Positions 29,216 through 42,879 of a DNA stretch of 64,000 nucleotides are shown here, one piece after another. The notes below the pieces were generated by a model. It searched no databases, was not told the DNA's origin, and saw only the letters and a list, made by a program, of their open reading frames with translations. Origin of the DNA: Octopus sinensis (taxonomy: Eukaryota). The DNA lies in NCBI RefSeq assembly GCF_006345805.1, contig NC_042998.1, positions 183,086,001 to 183,150,000 on the forward strand. The letters run 5' to 3'. Both the position numbers and the translations under genes were made by a program. The first letter of the stretch is position 1. Each line of letters begins with the position of its first letter.

Positions 29216-29305
29216 CTACTCGAAAATTCTGGAAGATGTCGAGGAAGGTGATGATAGAATGCTGGCAATTTCTGAACAGCCACCTAAGGGATCACGGCTA
29301 GCGAT
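29216..29305 (+). CDS. Candidate alternative Slo1 linker cassette exon (90 nt); open in phase 2 (YSKILEDVEEGDDRMLAISEQPPKGSRLA)
   Basis: Acceptor ttttctgtgttacag, donor GAT|gtaatt, length divisible by 3, phase fits exon 46312. Four CpGs in a CpG-poor intron and an upstream TGCATG. No homology check possible. Confidence 0.55.
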
Positions 29306-29481
29306 GTAATTAATTTCAGCTTAATGTTTATGCTGCATCTTCTACCTCATTTTTTCCTTCTTTTTTTTTATCCAAACCACACCCACCAATTTACTTTCAC
29401 TTTTGTGTGTGTGTGCGCGTGTGTGTTCTTTTTACCTTTTCAAATTTTTCTTCTTCTTCTTCTTGAATTCCATTCTTTCAG

Positions 29482-29494
29482 CCTGCAATGATAT
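29482..29494 (+). CDS. Candidate 13-nt Slo1 microexon (CCTGCAATGATAT; phase 1 to 2 reads xCND-M)
   Basis: Long pyrimidine tract ending ttctttcag, donor gtatgt. Same length and same internal AATGA register as 11238-11250. Confidence 0.4.
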
Positions 29495-29654
29495 GTATGT
29501 TTTTATGAATATTGCTGTCTGCAGATCAGCATCTAGCCTTGGACAATAGTACTTAAAATATATATGCTTTGAAGATTTTTGCTCTTCTCTTTTCCTTTCC
29601 AATAGCTATTTATGTTTTTTTTTTTGTGTGTTTTTTTTTTCCTCTTTCTTTTAG

Positions 29655-29683
29655 TATGAAGCCTTACAATCAAGGCTGCTTAG
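29655..29683 (+). CDS. Candidate 29-nt exon (phase 0 to 2 reads YEALQSRLL-R)
   Basis: Very strong pyrimidine tract ending cttttag, but weak donor AG|gtgtgg. Confidence 0.2.
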
Positions 29684-30495
29684 GTGTGGAGCATTTCTTA
29701 AAGAATATTCTTGTTACATGATTGTAACCCTTCCTCCAATATAAATCTAACTCCTTTCTATCTAACATATATATATTTATAGATATATCTATCTACAGAC
29801 TTAGTCTGAAAGTTTTATATCTCAGATAGATTGCTTTTAGAGTTACTAGGTACTAGAGTGGCCTGTTGGGAAAAAAAAACTAATCTGTGAGTTCTTAACT
29901 ATTCTAAAGTGTTACTTAACTGCACTGCTTCTATTTGCCTACTCAACTATGCATGAACGCACACTCACACACACACACACGCATACACACACACACACAT
30001 ATTTGTACATGCTATAAATAAGTGTACACTTACCCAATACAAGCTCTTATGTAATTAATAATTAAGTACACCTCTTAAGCACAAGCTTAAGACTTTCTAT
30101 TTATGAATTTCATACATTCAGTATTATGAAGCAGCCAGGAATTCTTCAGACAACTAAAGTTCTTCAATGTTTCATACATTCAGATGGAGGACTCACCATG
30201 CATCTAATAAAAGTTCTTTCTTTTCTTTCTTCTTTCCCCTTTTCCTCTCTCTTTCTCTCTCTCTCTTTCTCTCTCTCTGTCCCTGGACCTATCTCTCTTT
30301 CTATCTCATCTTCTAACTTCATCTCTATATACCTGTAATCAAACTAATACATGTATATGTCCTGGATTTACCACTTTGAATAGATCACTCAGTGTTGATA
30401 TTGTGTGTGGATATGTTTTATTAAAGCTGCATGTCCAATAAAATAAATTCACAATTTTAATAAAACACACACACACCATCATCAGCAGCAGCAGT

Positions 30496-30871
30496 GGAGG
30501 TGCAATGGCCCAATGGTTAGGGCAGCGGACTTGCGGTCGGAGGATCGCAGTTTCGATTCCTAGACCGGGCATTGTGTGTGTTTATTGAGCGAAAGCACTT
30601 AAAGCTCCACGAGGCTCTGACGGGGTGGTGGCGACCCCTGTTGTACTCTTTCGCTCCAACTTTCTCTCACTCTTTCTTCCTGTTTCTTGTCCCCGACTTC
30701 CTATGCAACTGCTGAGCCTGGATACGTATTCATTCATCCATCGATGTTCTCAGTGTTGGGGGTTGACCTGCTTTCTCTTCTGCGGATCTTACGAATAGCA
30801 AAGGACCACATTTCGGATTTCTCTCACTACTGGACAAAGGCCGCTTCGCTCAACAAACAAACAAACAAACA
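30496..30871 (+). mobile_element. Young full-length tRNA-derived SINE with (CAAA)n tail, inserted in a (CAG)n tract
   Basis: A box tggcccaatgg, B box gtttcgattcc, many CpGs, agcagcagcag on both flanks. Confidence 0.85.
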
Positions 30872-33800
30872 AGCAGCAGCAGCATCAAACTCTGGGATCT
30901 ATAAAATGAATCACAATCAAATACTGGAGTCAATTCAACAACTGAATTACTATTATATCTGTGTAGACTTTTACCAAAATATCAAATCAATATCTAAGAG
31001 CCAGTCCAGTGAAGGAGCCTCTATAGAGTTGTTCAATCTGCCAAAAATTGCAGCCAAATTACATTTAACTTACACTCTTCCATCTTTGATAAAAGAAAGA
31101 CATGTTGGATATTGTAGTCTGAGATAAAGTATATCTAAAGATGAGGTTGATTAGGCTTTGAATGCCTTTAATCATAGCTTTACTTATTTTGGACTGACCT
31201 GGAGTTAAATAGCAAGCAATATCCCTGAAATGTTATGATACCCAACCATTACCATAATCCTCTTCATACACTAAGTTTTCAACTTAAACTTTCTCTGCAA
31301 ATTTTTTAGCTTTTATTTCTCTCAGACAATGTGTCTATGATTTCTGACATATATTTCTCAGTCTTTTTCGACATCTTTGTGATATACGAATAACTGCCGC
31401 TAATTTTCATTTTCAAACTAACAAGAAAAATTACAAAATGTTCTTTCCTATTTGTATGAAGCATATATAATAAGTATAAAGCTTCATGGTAATGAAACAT
31501 GGATACCAGAATGTAGAAGATCTGCAAAGATTGAGAGAAATGAATTTATGTTCTTTTAGCTGTGTATTGTGTTGGAATGAATGATAATAAATTATGAGTA
31601 TTTGCTAAAAACAAAAATGGGTCTATGTGCTAATATTAGAAGGAAAACATGGAAGAGGAGGACCATGTAGGACACATGAAGAAGTCATGAAGTTAAATTT
31701 CATTATACTGTGCCTCATAGACAAGATGGCACAGAACGAAGAGAAGTTTTCTTTTTGTTACTTTTATTGTTTATTTTATTACTTATTTTAGATTGACAAT
31801 GTGTGTACGAGTGTATGTATGTATGTAAGTATGTATGAGGAAAAGATTCGGATGTATAAGGAAAAGATTAGAATATTTTGTTAATGTAGTTTGGAGGTCT
31901 TCACTAAGTATAATTCGTGTAAAGTATAAATTATAGATTACGTTGAAATTTTCAAACATGAGGTGACTGTTAAAGAGTCAATAAACATTTCTTACAAAAG
32001 CAATGAGTCTCAGATTCAGAGAAGAGGAAACGATATCATGAGATGTTCATACCTTCTTTTTTTTTTTTTTTAAGAAACAGTAATGTAAATGAAATGAAAT
32101 AATTACAGGTGTCTTTTAAATTCGTGTTGAAAATTGAACCTACTAGGAACTATTTTGTGCTCAACATTTAGTTTGCTGGTATATATTGCGCTCACTGCTC
32201 AATAATTTAATGAATACAAACCATTTCAGTTTTATCTACTCATTTTTAATTTAAAATTGTAGCTAAACATTAATCATTCTACAAGACTTAGATTTTGTTA
32301 TATTATCTATAAGTGTTTCATCATTCTTAACAACATCATCTATGTACATATCAATAGAGGATTTGGAAATTTAAGACAAGAAGCAATTTAAAAAGTTTTT
32401 TCGCATTTTGCCTAAGTTTATTATCTGACCAATATATAGTGAAAGTAGAATAAAAACCCAGCTGTTTTAACCACAGAGCTAGCTATACTGTTGTTAATTA
32501 CTATAATCACTCAGTTCTATAATTATAGAATTTTAGACAAAGATTAAGCTACAAATATATACTTCTTATATTTTGCTACAACACGAAACATTTTACTATG
32601 AAGGGTTTAGGTGTGACAAATTTCCCTAACCTTTTCTGTTGGCAGTCTTTGTTATTTAGTAGGTACATACTAGTCAAAACTAGTTAAGTTATTAAAGTTA
32701 TTAAAGTGTTGATTTATTGATCAATGAATCACTACTCTTATTCTGCTACTAATGCTATACAATGAATCTGTGGAGTTATAGTTTAATATTGTAAGAAATA
32801 AGAGCACTGTATAAAAACTGATTGTTTTGTTTACTAGCAATGCTGGAAATCATCCTGGACTAGAAGCAATCTTAAAACAAAAGAGGTGAAGTTATATCAT
32901 GTCAAGTTCATAACCTTGTTTTGATCTTGGTTATAGTAGTTTTCCTGCAGTTACATTGTTCACATACCTAGAAATAAGAACATCCTGAAGGAGTATGATG
33001 AGGTGTTATGTTTGATTAGTCTGTTATTTTGAGACAACTGACTCTATATTTCCTTTGAATCAGATTTTTGTAAAGTTTCTTCTAAATCATTGAAAGTGCC
33101 AAAAACAACATTTCTCTAATCTTTTTCAGTCATTTCTCCCACTCATGTGCCTGTTATGCATCAATTTTATAATTAGTATCAACAAAATCAAATATAAAAA
33201 CCAATCCAATAAGTAGTGTGTTTCAAAATAATTGTATTTTAAATGAAAATATGTTTCATGTCAATGAACCAACACACCAAAAAAAAATGCACAAACGACA
33301 AGAATATAGGTACAAAATATCTAATTCTTTTTCAAAACAGAATTTGCATGGAATTTTGTTCAATTTTAATAGCAAAGCATTATTACAAATGAAATTATTC
33401 AACACATATCAGTGCATCAATCAATCTGATTTATTAACACTGTGGTTCAAGACAGGCATGTTTTGTCTTTGAATTGACTGTCTCTGGCCTCAACAGGCAT
33501 GAACATTAAGAAATGCTTTGGTTATTTGAATGCCAAAATAATGTGATTATTTTAAGAATTTCTTAATTCACTGACATTGCACAATCATTTTTTTGGTTTT
33601 CTTTTTACCATTATTAATTATTAAGCATGATATCAACTTTTGCACAAAACTTTTCCTAATATTGCTTAATATATGTATATATAAACATATATATATATAT
33701 ATATATACCACAATTAAAATAATTTGAAAAGATCCATTTAGTATGGAAAATTATTTTTATTTCATATTATTCTGACAATTTGATAAAGCATGTAAAACAA

Positions 33801-36019
33801 AAAGTATTTTTAATATATCTAGATTTCTCATTAAAAAAACAAATGTCTGAAAATTTCTCCAAATGAATAATATTTTGAATTGTCATTAGTCTTTAAAATT
33901 TTGTAAATTTTTTAATCATAAAAATCATAAAATGCGTTAAAATGTATAAAAAGCAAAAGAGTAAAACTTGTTTAAATATATGTTGATAAAGAGATGAATT
34001 TAAATAATGTTTCTAAAATTGTTAACTTTTATATGCTTACATATCAACGTGTATAACTGTATATATTGATATAGCTAATGTTTCAGTAGTTAGATACTTT
34101 TATGTTACCCTGCCCCTCAAGAGTAATAAGAAAACTAATGCACTGTCTAATATGCTTTTTGTCTTCTCTACTCTGGACATGGTGTTTTAGACACTTCAAT
34201 CTGATATCAAACATTGGTGTACTGCTTCTGCCTTTAAGCTGCAACATTGTCTCCATGTTTCATATAGCTGCAACTGTTTCTAGTATAATTTATATTTTTA
34301 GGAAAAAATACTAATATATGTATATAGTTTACTAATCTAGTTTACAATGTTTAGTCATTTCACAATACTTCTTTATCACAATACTTCTTTATAAATACTT
34401 TAACATAGAACACAGCTCAGTTGATATTAAACTAATATTTTAAATCCAACTGTTTGTGAAACTACATTGTGTCCTGAGGAAAACATGATATATATTAATG
34501 TTGAAATTTCAAAGCAAAATATTTCAATGTTTGTCTGGAACTTGTTGATGGTACAAAACCATATTTCTTGCTAGAAATATTGAGCTATCATTATTTGCTG
34601 TTATATTATTTTTACTTTGAAAAATAGGAACGAAAACATTGATTTCTTAAATCTTGTGGCATATGTTTAGTTTAATGATTCCTTACTTTCCTACTTTATT
34701 ATAATTTTATCACTGGTTTTGAAGTAATAGGAATATTACTATGTCTGAAATTCTAACATTAACTTCTCACAACAGTGACAATAACTCTGCAACAGCTCTA
34801 CAGTGATGGCTCAGTATTTTTAATCTCAGTAAATAAGAGTAGTGGTTATGAACTAAAATTAAATTGATTTAAACTTTATTAATCTTCCATTGGGTTGATA
34901 TTTTTTAGGAAACTTTTGCATTGAACCAAATATTCAATGTATTTTAATGCTTCAAGTAAGAGTGCAATTTTTATTTCTTGTTCTCTTACCATTATCTGCT
35001 CCTCAACATAGACTACAAGTAACAGTAGTAATTCTTTACATTTCAGGAAATTACCTTCTTTCTGGCAACTAAATCCTTCTCAGTAAGCCATAAGATATTT
35101 CATGTTTTGTTTCTTTTATTTCTATATCAATATTTCCTTCTTTTTTTTTCACCTGATAACTTTATGTTGTGTACTTTTACTTTTATATCCACTTTAACTT
35201 CAGTTTATTGTTTCAAACATTACTTGCTTACATCAAAGATAAAGCACCAAACGAAAATCAACAATATAATTCTCTAAAAATATATCAAGTTATTTATTTC
35301 TTGAAAGACCATTTCAGATTCTGACCTCATGTCAACTTACATACATCTAAAGCAACCAACAGTGATTCTTATTTTGGTTTGTTCTTTTTTTTTTAACCTT
35401 GTTTCTTAACCTTACCTAGCCTGCCTTATCTTCCATAAATTCATCACTGATATCAAGTTATTTTCAACACTTTTCTTTTTAGGCGCAGACATTGTTCTTG
35501 TGCTATAATCTTTGCCAAACACTTAGAATTGTTTCATATTTTTACAAATGAACACCAACATTTTATAATACTTGAAAGCTGTTAGCACAAATTCTAATAT
35601 ATGAATCCTGAGAGGAAAAACAAAATTTCTATCCACTAACCTTAACTTAAAGAAGTTAGAGATTTTCTCAGCTGCATATTTTTTTCAGACAATCAATTTA
35701 CAAACAAACCTTGTACTTTTGTACTTGACACAGATTTAGTTCCAATTCACTTCACCCAATTGTTCTAATTTCCCCAATCATTATCATTTTCTGCAAGAGA
35801 TGCTTTTGAAAGTAAATTTTAAAATTTAAGTTGACGGTGATATAATTTTTCATTTTTTACTTTTTTTTTTACAAAATATTATCTGGAGTCAAAATAGTTC
35901 AGTGAACTATTAAATCATATATCATTGGCTCACAACTACTGCAGATACTTTGGTGTGTCTCTAGGCAAGATATTTCGTTCTAAATCCTTCAGTATAATTA
36001 GCTGTTCAGACTAGGTACC

Positions 36020-36230
36020 AGACAGATTGGTCAAGCTGAGCCAACTGGCAGGATACCTAGGGATAGAATGACATAGTTGGATAATATCCATTGTTCCAGT
36101 TGGTCATGCTTGGGAATCCAACTAGAAAGTGTAATGATAGTTGCTTCTGGTAGAAAGTGTCTGAAGGAAGTATCTGGAGACTCAACCCATATGACCCTCC
36201 CAGGAATAGTGAGTGGAAAAGATGGATAGA
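36020..36230 (+). mobile_element. Short RTE-like LINE 3' fragment
   Basis: Degenerate PTGRIPRDR..WDNIH..LGI-like reading. Confidence 0.35.
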
Positions 36231-37071
36231 CGAGATGGATGTAACAAAGAATTTTCACTTTGATCTTTCAAACTTCTGTGGATCAACAAAATAAGTGCCA
36301 TTTGAATACTGGTGTCAATCTAATTAATTTGAGCCTTTGTGCCTATGTCAGAAATCATTAAAGGCCATACATATAAACTTGCATCTCTTCCAAAAATACA
36401 TTTTTAATGCATGAGCCAGCCAAGGAAGTTCTACATGGTCACTTGATCTGTTAGAAACAACTAAATTCACTCAAATCTCATACTATGAGCTTTACAAAGG
36501 ACACAGACAAAATAGTCTTATGTGTATGTACACAAAAGATCAAACAAATACATAGCTGGAATGCCTTTGATCATAGTTTGCTTAATCAAGGTTGATCTGG
36601 GGCTACACATCAATACACATGCTAGACTAGAAGAGCAAATATCAACAAATAATATTTCAGGTGTTAAATTATACAAAATTAGGAATTCTATAAGTATTAC
36701 TTAGTGTGTTGGAAATTTTCTCTTGAGTTATCCATAAAAGGCTGGTACTCTGTCCAGGATGAGATTTATCTTTCAAATGCTTAATGCTACAGAAACTAGA
36801 GTATAGCACTGGTCAGATTATCCCCTAAGGTTGATGAAATAGTTAACTTTGAATTTCAGAACGAATTTTAACCCTGGTCCTAATAATTTATATAAAAAGG
36901 TCAATCTTAAAAACTTACAATGAATGTAACCTTGTTGCCTTTCCTTTTCTTATACAATGAAAAATCAACAATAATTCTGGTGATTCAGTATTTAAAAAGC
37001 AACTACAGTTGAAATTGTTGAAATTAGAAGATAAAAAATTATTTTTATTAATTTTATTCACTTCACATAAG

Positions 37072-37470
37072 ACACAGGAATAGCTGTGTGGTAAGAAGTT
37101 TGCTTCCCAACTGCATAGTTCCAGGTTCAGTCCCTTTGCATGGCACTTTGGGCAAGTGCCTTCTACTATAGCCTCAGGCCTACCAAAGCCCTGTGAGTGG
37201 ATTTGGTCAGCTGACACTGAAAGAAGCCTGCCATATGTATATGTTTGTGTGTGTGTGTGTCTTTGTTTGTCTGCCCACTACCACTTGACAACTGACATTG
37301 GTGTGTTTACATACCCATAACTTAGCAGTTCAGCAAAAGAAATCAATAGAATAAGTACCAGGCTTTAAAAAAAGTAAGTACTAGGGTTGATTCATTCAAC
37401 TAAAATTCAAGGCAGTGCCCCAGCATGGCCACAGTTTAATGGCTAAAACAAGTAAAAGAGAAAAAGAATA
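37072..37470 (+). mobile_element. tRNA-derived SINE, second family
   Basis: gctgtgtggtaagaag...ggttcagtccc...gggcaagtgccttctactatag...aataagtaccagg; relatives at 14810, 47193 and 58250. Confidence 0.8.
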
Positions 37471-40400
37471 ATTCTAGCTTTATTGTAGAAAATAGAAAAG
37501 TGTTACTGTTTGTTTGAAGAATTTTGGAATAGAAAAACTATGACTTGGAAAGCCATAGCAATGCAGTTGAGAAGAAATTAAATATGAAAAGATGCAAAAA
37601 CTTTAATATTTTGTCTTAAATCTTTAAATCATTACTCCTCAGCTGAAAGTCTCTGGTCATAGATGAAAGGAAATAAACTAACACATTTCTTCTTCATTTT
37701 TTACCTGTGACTAGAAATATTTTTGTTGGTTGAACTATTAAAATTATTAAATGATTTAAGATAAAAGATAAGATTTTTTGTTGTTCTTGTATTTAATTTA
37801 TTCTCAACTACATTGCTATGGTTTTGTTAATCCATTTTTCTCTAGACTTGAGATTTATGTTCCATTTTTATTTCACCCCAAAATTCCATGCTTCTGGTTC
37901 TATGGCTCATATGCCTAGTAAAGCCAAATTGCTGTAACTAATGTATGACTTGCAGCTGTTAAGGTTTAAACATAGGCTTCCTAAAATATTTGCTACAATA
38001 ATCTGATTGTGGCATGTATGTCACTGTTGGATTCACTTTATACAAGTGTATTTTTTAGTTTTTTACCTCTTCCTTCTTTTTACGAGTGGTAGCAGGTATT
38101 CATGCAGTACCTGTTGGTTGGTTGGTTGGTTACTCTGAGAAACAACGGTGTTATCTCTGAAAAGAGGATGCGAAACATTTTATTTAAAAAAAGGTATACC
38201 TCCCACAATATATATACATGGGAACTGACCAACTGCTACAAGAGAAAGCCAAAAGCTAATTCTGACATTTTACTATTATTATAAACCAGTGGTGACTGAA
38301 GAAATGTTTAGCAAGTAATATTTGGACCTGTGGAAAGAAATATTGTGAGAATGTTTCTTTGTGTCCTTTTTCTCTCTTCAAATTTTACCTTTGTAATGTT
38401 GTGTCTCCTTTCTTCCTTCCTTTCTTTCTTTTCCTTTTTTTATACACTTTACATACTTCTATTAATTAACCTTGGTTTTCCTTTCTGTTTGTCATTTCTT
38501 TTTTGACATTTATATTTTTTAATAAATTTTTTCATTTATTTTGTCACTAAGCCTGGAATCCCTACATGATAAGCAGTGGTTTATCTTCAGCAAAACTTTA
38601 GCAACAAAGGAGAAAAACTGTTTCTCAATATCAATTTTTTTAATAATTATTTCTCAATGTAGTTACGTGTTATTTTTTTCACTTTTGACAATTTCTATCA
38701 GTGTTATGTTAATCACTTTTTTTTGCACATTTCCTAGAGGGGGAGTCTATATTTTACATATCTATTTATTTAAGAACTTGTTACTTGCTTTTTATATTAA
38801 AAGTTGTATATATGCTTTATATTAAATTGAAGGTACTTATAAAACAAAGCTACAAGATCTTACAAATAATTAACTTTCTAAATTTTCAGCAAATATTCCA
38901 TGCTATTTTGTTTTGGTGCTGATTTATGCATTATTTTAACTCAATTTTATTTTCAGAATAAAAAACTAAAATACTCAATGTAAAAAGTATTTTCTGGTTA
39001 CAATTTTTGCTTCTAAGCTTATTTACTCAATCACATGCAAATATGGGGTAAAATATAATCGAAATAATCATCAAAGTATTAAGAATGATACTATTGGCAT
39101 TTAATAGAATAATATTGATTGGTTGTGCAGTTTCTAGTATCAACTGAACTTTCTTTGACTAATGTAAAGAAAAAGTATAGATTAACATTTTAATATAAAT
39201 TGGGAACAGAAAGATTGCTTAATCATAGACATGAAAGAGGCTTAGAATAAAATCTATAAATTCCAGTTGAAAAATTCTTCTTTGCTACTATGTAGAAATT
39301 AGATCAGTTAAAGATAACCAAAGTCACTCAATAACAGTCTGAAAAATGGTCAAGTATTCTTTTAAATGATAAAGATTAAGCATGTATTGATTCTTTGTTT
39401 TGCAGTAAAGTTTTGTAAATGCTGCAGTTTATGCTTTGAAATATCTTTGCTGTCTGTGTTGACAATACATTTAAGATCAAATAAAATTTGTAAGTAAGAT
39501 TATAATTAATATTACATTTTGAAAAACAAAATGTAGCTTAATCTCAGATTCTGTGGATTTGATATTTAATACTTTCTGTTCTATAATATAGTTCTGATAT
39601 CTAATGACATTTAAACTAACATGAAGAAACAAGTTCTAAAATGTCAATAATAAAAAAAGAAGGTTCATGTTTTCTACAGATATTCTTTGAAAGCAGATAT
39701 TTTCTTGTTTAGGATTGGTTCATTACTTTTCAGTGGATTAGGCTTATTCAACACCAATAATAAATAGCATAAAAAAAGGACAAATAAATAATGAATCTGC
39801 AATAGGGTAAACAGTTCTTTGAAACTTAGGGATTTTAATAATTGAGTGAAGTCAGTACACTTAGTAGGCAATTTGAATTTGATATAGTTTATTTTTTTAA
39901 AGCTAAATTGTGCACAGAATAGTTACAGAGTGATTCTATTTTTGGAAAGAAGGGCTGAAAAAAGATTTTTTATTTGGGGTAATAAAAATAATCATATCAG
40001 CATAGTGAAAATACTTAAATATTATACAAAATTATGTCATGATGAAATGCGCCTTGTAAAGTAGTTGATGTTAGGAAGGGTATCCCACTATAGAAACCAT
40101 GCTAAAATATAACATTTGAGCAAGATGTGATTCCCTAATCATCTACAAGGGTAGTATCTCCAAATAAGAACTAACTCAGATCATGATGACTCGTCCAACC
40201 AATACCATCATGGAAATTAGATGTAATATAGTGCAACATCTCAGGAGTTAAAATATTAGGCATTCTATAAATATCATTTTTTTTAACATTGACAGACAAG
40301 TTAAAAATAAAAGAATATGACAAAGAAGATAACAATACTGACAATGATGACGATTGATCCAAATGAGTAAAGCGTGTTCCCCAAGAACTTTAATTTCATG

Positions 40401-41257
40401 CTATACTTGGTGCCAAATTTGAAATGGAGGAATAGCTTATGTTTTGTAATCAGGAATATTGTCCCCAATTATTGATAGATATGTAACTCAACTCATTTTG
40501 CTACCTAATATCATTTAATCTTGGCAAGTAATTCATAGTGTAAAACTTACATAATGGCTAATATATTTATGGAGCTCCTCCTAGAAGATAATGATAAAAT
40601 AAACTAAAAAATACATTGTTTTTCCCTTCATTCGTTAATTAATAAGGGGGAGGTCAATTCTTATAGCTTTTTTTAAGCTACCCACTAAACTGATGGATTT
40701 TAATAATTTGCTGATATTAGTGTACCACAAAGTTTGTATCTGATGCAGTTCTGTTATCTGAGAATAAACTGTGATTCTATTCTGTGCAAAGAAGAATTGG
40801 GAAAAGATTTCTCATTTGAGATAGTCAAAATAATCACACAAACAAATCAGAAATACTTGAGTGGTGTTCTATAATATTATAATTATTATAATAAATAGAA
40901 GAGGATACACTGAAATCTGTGCATATTATTATATGGGCAGTGAAGGAAAAATAACAGAGAAGTGTTAAAGTATTAAAATAGAGTAAGATACAGAGAAACT
41001 TTGTCTAAGTAGCATTATTTCACTATAAGTCCCAGAGGGTTGTTTTATAGACCAGCAAAAATGAAGATAATCTGATTGAAGAATAAATTGAAATTTATGA
41101 GCCAACAATTTTACACAAATTTAAACTTACTTGACACATCTTTAAATGTTTGTGCCACTGTTCTTGTCTATTCAGATAGAAATCTGATCTTAAAATATTA
41201 CATTTGGGAAATCCTATAAATACCGTTTTAATGTTTCTTTTATATAGATGTGATATC

Positions 41258-41931
41258 AATATTGGTTTCAAATTTGGGCTCAAGGCCAGCAATTTATGTG
41301 GGACATTAAGCTGATTTCAACAGCCACAATGCTCAACTGGTACTTATTTTTTTATCAACCCTGAAAGGATGAAAAGCAAAGTCAACCCTGGCAGCATTTG
41401 AACTCAGAATGTAATGTCTGAAGAAATCCCATTAAGCATTCTGTATGGCATAATAACAATTCTGCCAACTCACCATCTTATGTGATATTAATATTGAAAT
41501 AAGGTAAAAGGTAGCGAGCTGGCAGAATTGTTAACACCCTGGGCAAAATGCTTAGTAGCATTTTGTCTGTCTTTACATTCTGAGTTCAAATGCCACTAGG
41601 ATCAACTCTGTCTTTCGACCCTTCAGGGTTGGTAAAATAAGTACCAGCCGAGTACTGGGATCAATGTAATTGAAATTGCTGGCCTTGTGTCAAAATTTGT
41701 AACCAATATTAAAATAAGTTCAAAGATAGTGAGATGGCAGAATCATTAGTATGCCAATCAAAATGCTTATTGACATTTCATCCATCTTTACATTCTGAGT
41801 TCAAATTCTGCCAAGGTTGACTTTGCTGTTCATCCTATCAGGGTCAATAAAATAAGTACCAGTTGAGCACTATGGTCCATATAATTGGCTTATCCTGTCC
41901 CCTGAATGTGCCAAAATTTGAAACCAGTATT
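41258..41931. mobile_element. Three-SINE array: 41258-41473 (-), 41510-41710 (+), 41728-41931 (+)
   Basis: Each unit has gagctggcagaat...ctgagttcaaat...aagtaccag and is adjacent to an atatt(a/g)aaataag spacer. Confidence 0.85.
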
Positions 41932-42879
41932 AAAATAAGGCCAGGAAAATTAGAGTTTATGAAATTCATGTTCTTCTTAAGGGTATTAGTTCGGTAAATA
42001 TATCAGTTCTACCTGAAAATTGAATCATTAGCTGAATAATAAACATTATATTCAATTTAAGCTATCAGTTGTGGATTTGGCATTTTTTAGATGTAATATT
42101 CTGTATTTCATTTAAGCACCAATGTTATGTGTGAGAGTGAGTGGAGAGTGCAGAGAGGAAGTTGATGACAAAACAACATGAATTGAAAAAATTTGGTTTG
42201 ATTTTAAAATTCCTTTGCATTCCTTGTAATATAACAAGTGAAAATAAAATAAATTTCTTTATAGCAAAAAGTATTAGTTAACAACTCTGAAATAACTGAC
42301 AGAAATCATTCTGTTAATTTGAAGGTGAGGAAGTTATTCAATTATGCAAAAACATTAAAGTTTTAACACTTCAAGAAATCAAAAAGGAAAAATAAATAAA
42401 ATAATTTTTATCTTTTGCTTCAAGGCATACAAAAAAAAATAGAATAATATAATGAAACCACAAGAAACAATACAATAAAATACAGTTTCTAAGTAGTCAC
42501 TCTAAATGCAATATAAAAATATGCATTGCTTGGAAGTATTGCTATTCTAAAGAAGTTCTTTCTGCTTGAATTTGGAAGACCTGAAGAAACTGTTTCTTAT
42601 TCTACTTGTTTACTTCTACACTTTATATACAAACCCGAAAATATAAATAATATTGATAATAATCATTGTCATCATCATAGATTTGCTATCTGTTTTATGG
42701 CGCTAGCTTGGAAAAAAAATAGGAATTTTCTGTTCTGTTGAGCAACAAACAATTAAAGGTAATAAACTCCTATTTAGGTTATTCCTGATAATGGTTCCTT
42801 AGATATGAAGATATTACTATATAAAACATTTGACAAGAAGAGTATATTGTAAAAGATTGAAAAGAGTAGAGTAAGATTA

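Noticed and set aside
30496-30570. tRNA-like sequence with A and B boxes
   Set aside because: No complete cloverleaf, and it continues into a SINE body and tail.
38148-38185. ctgaaaagaggatgcgaaacatt hammerhead-like string
   Set aside because: Core and stems too degenerate to support.
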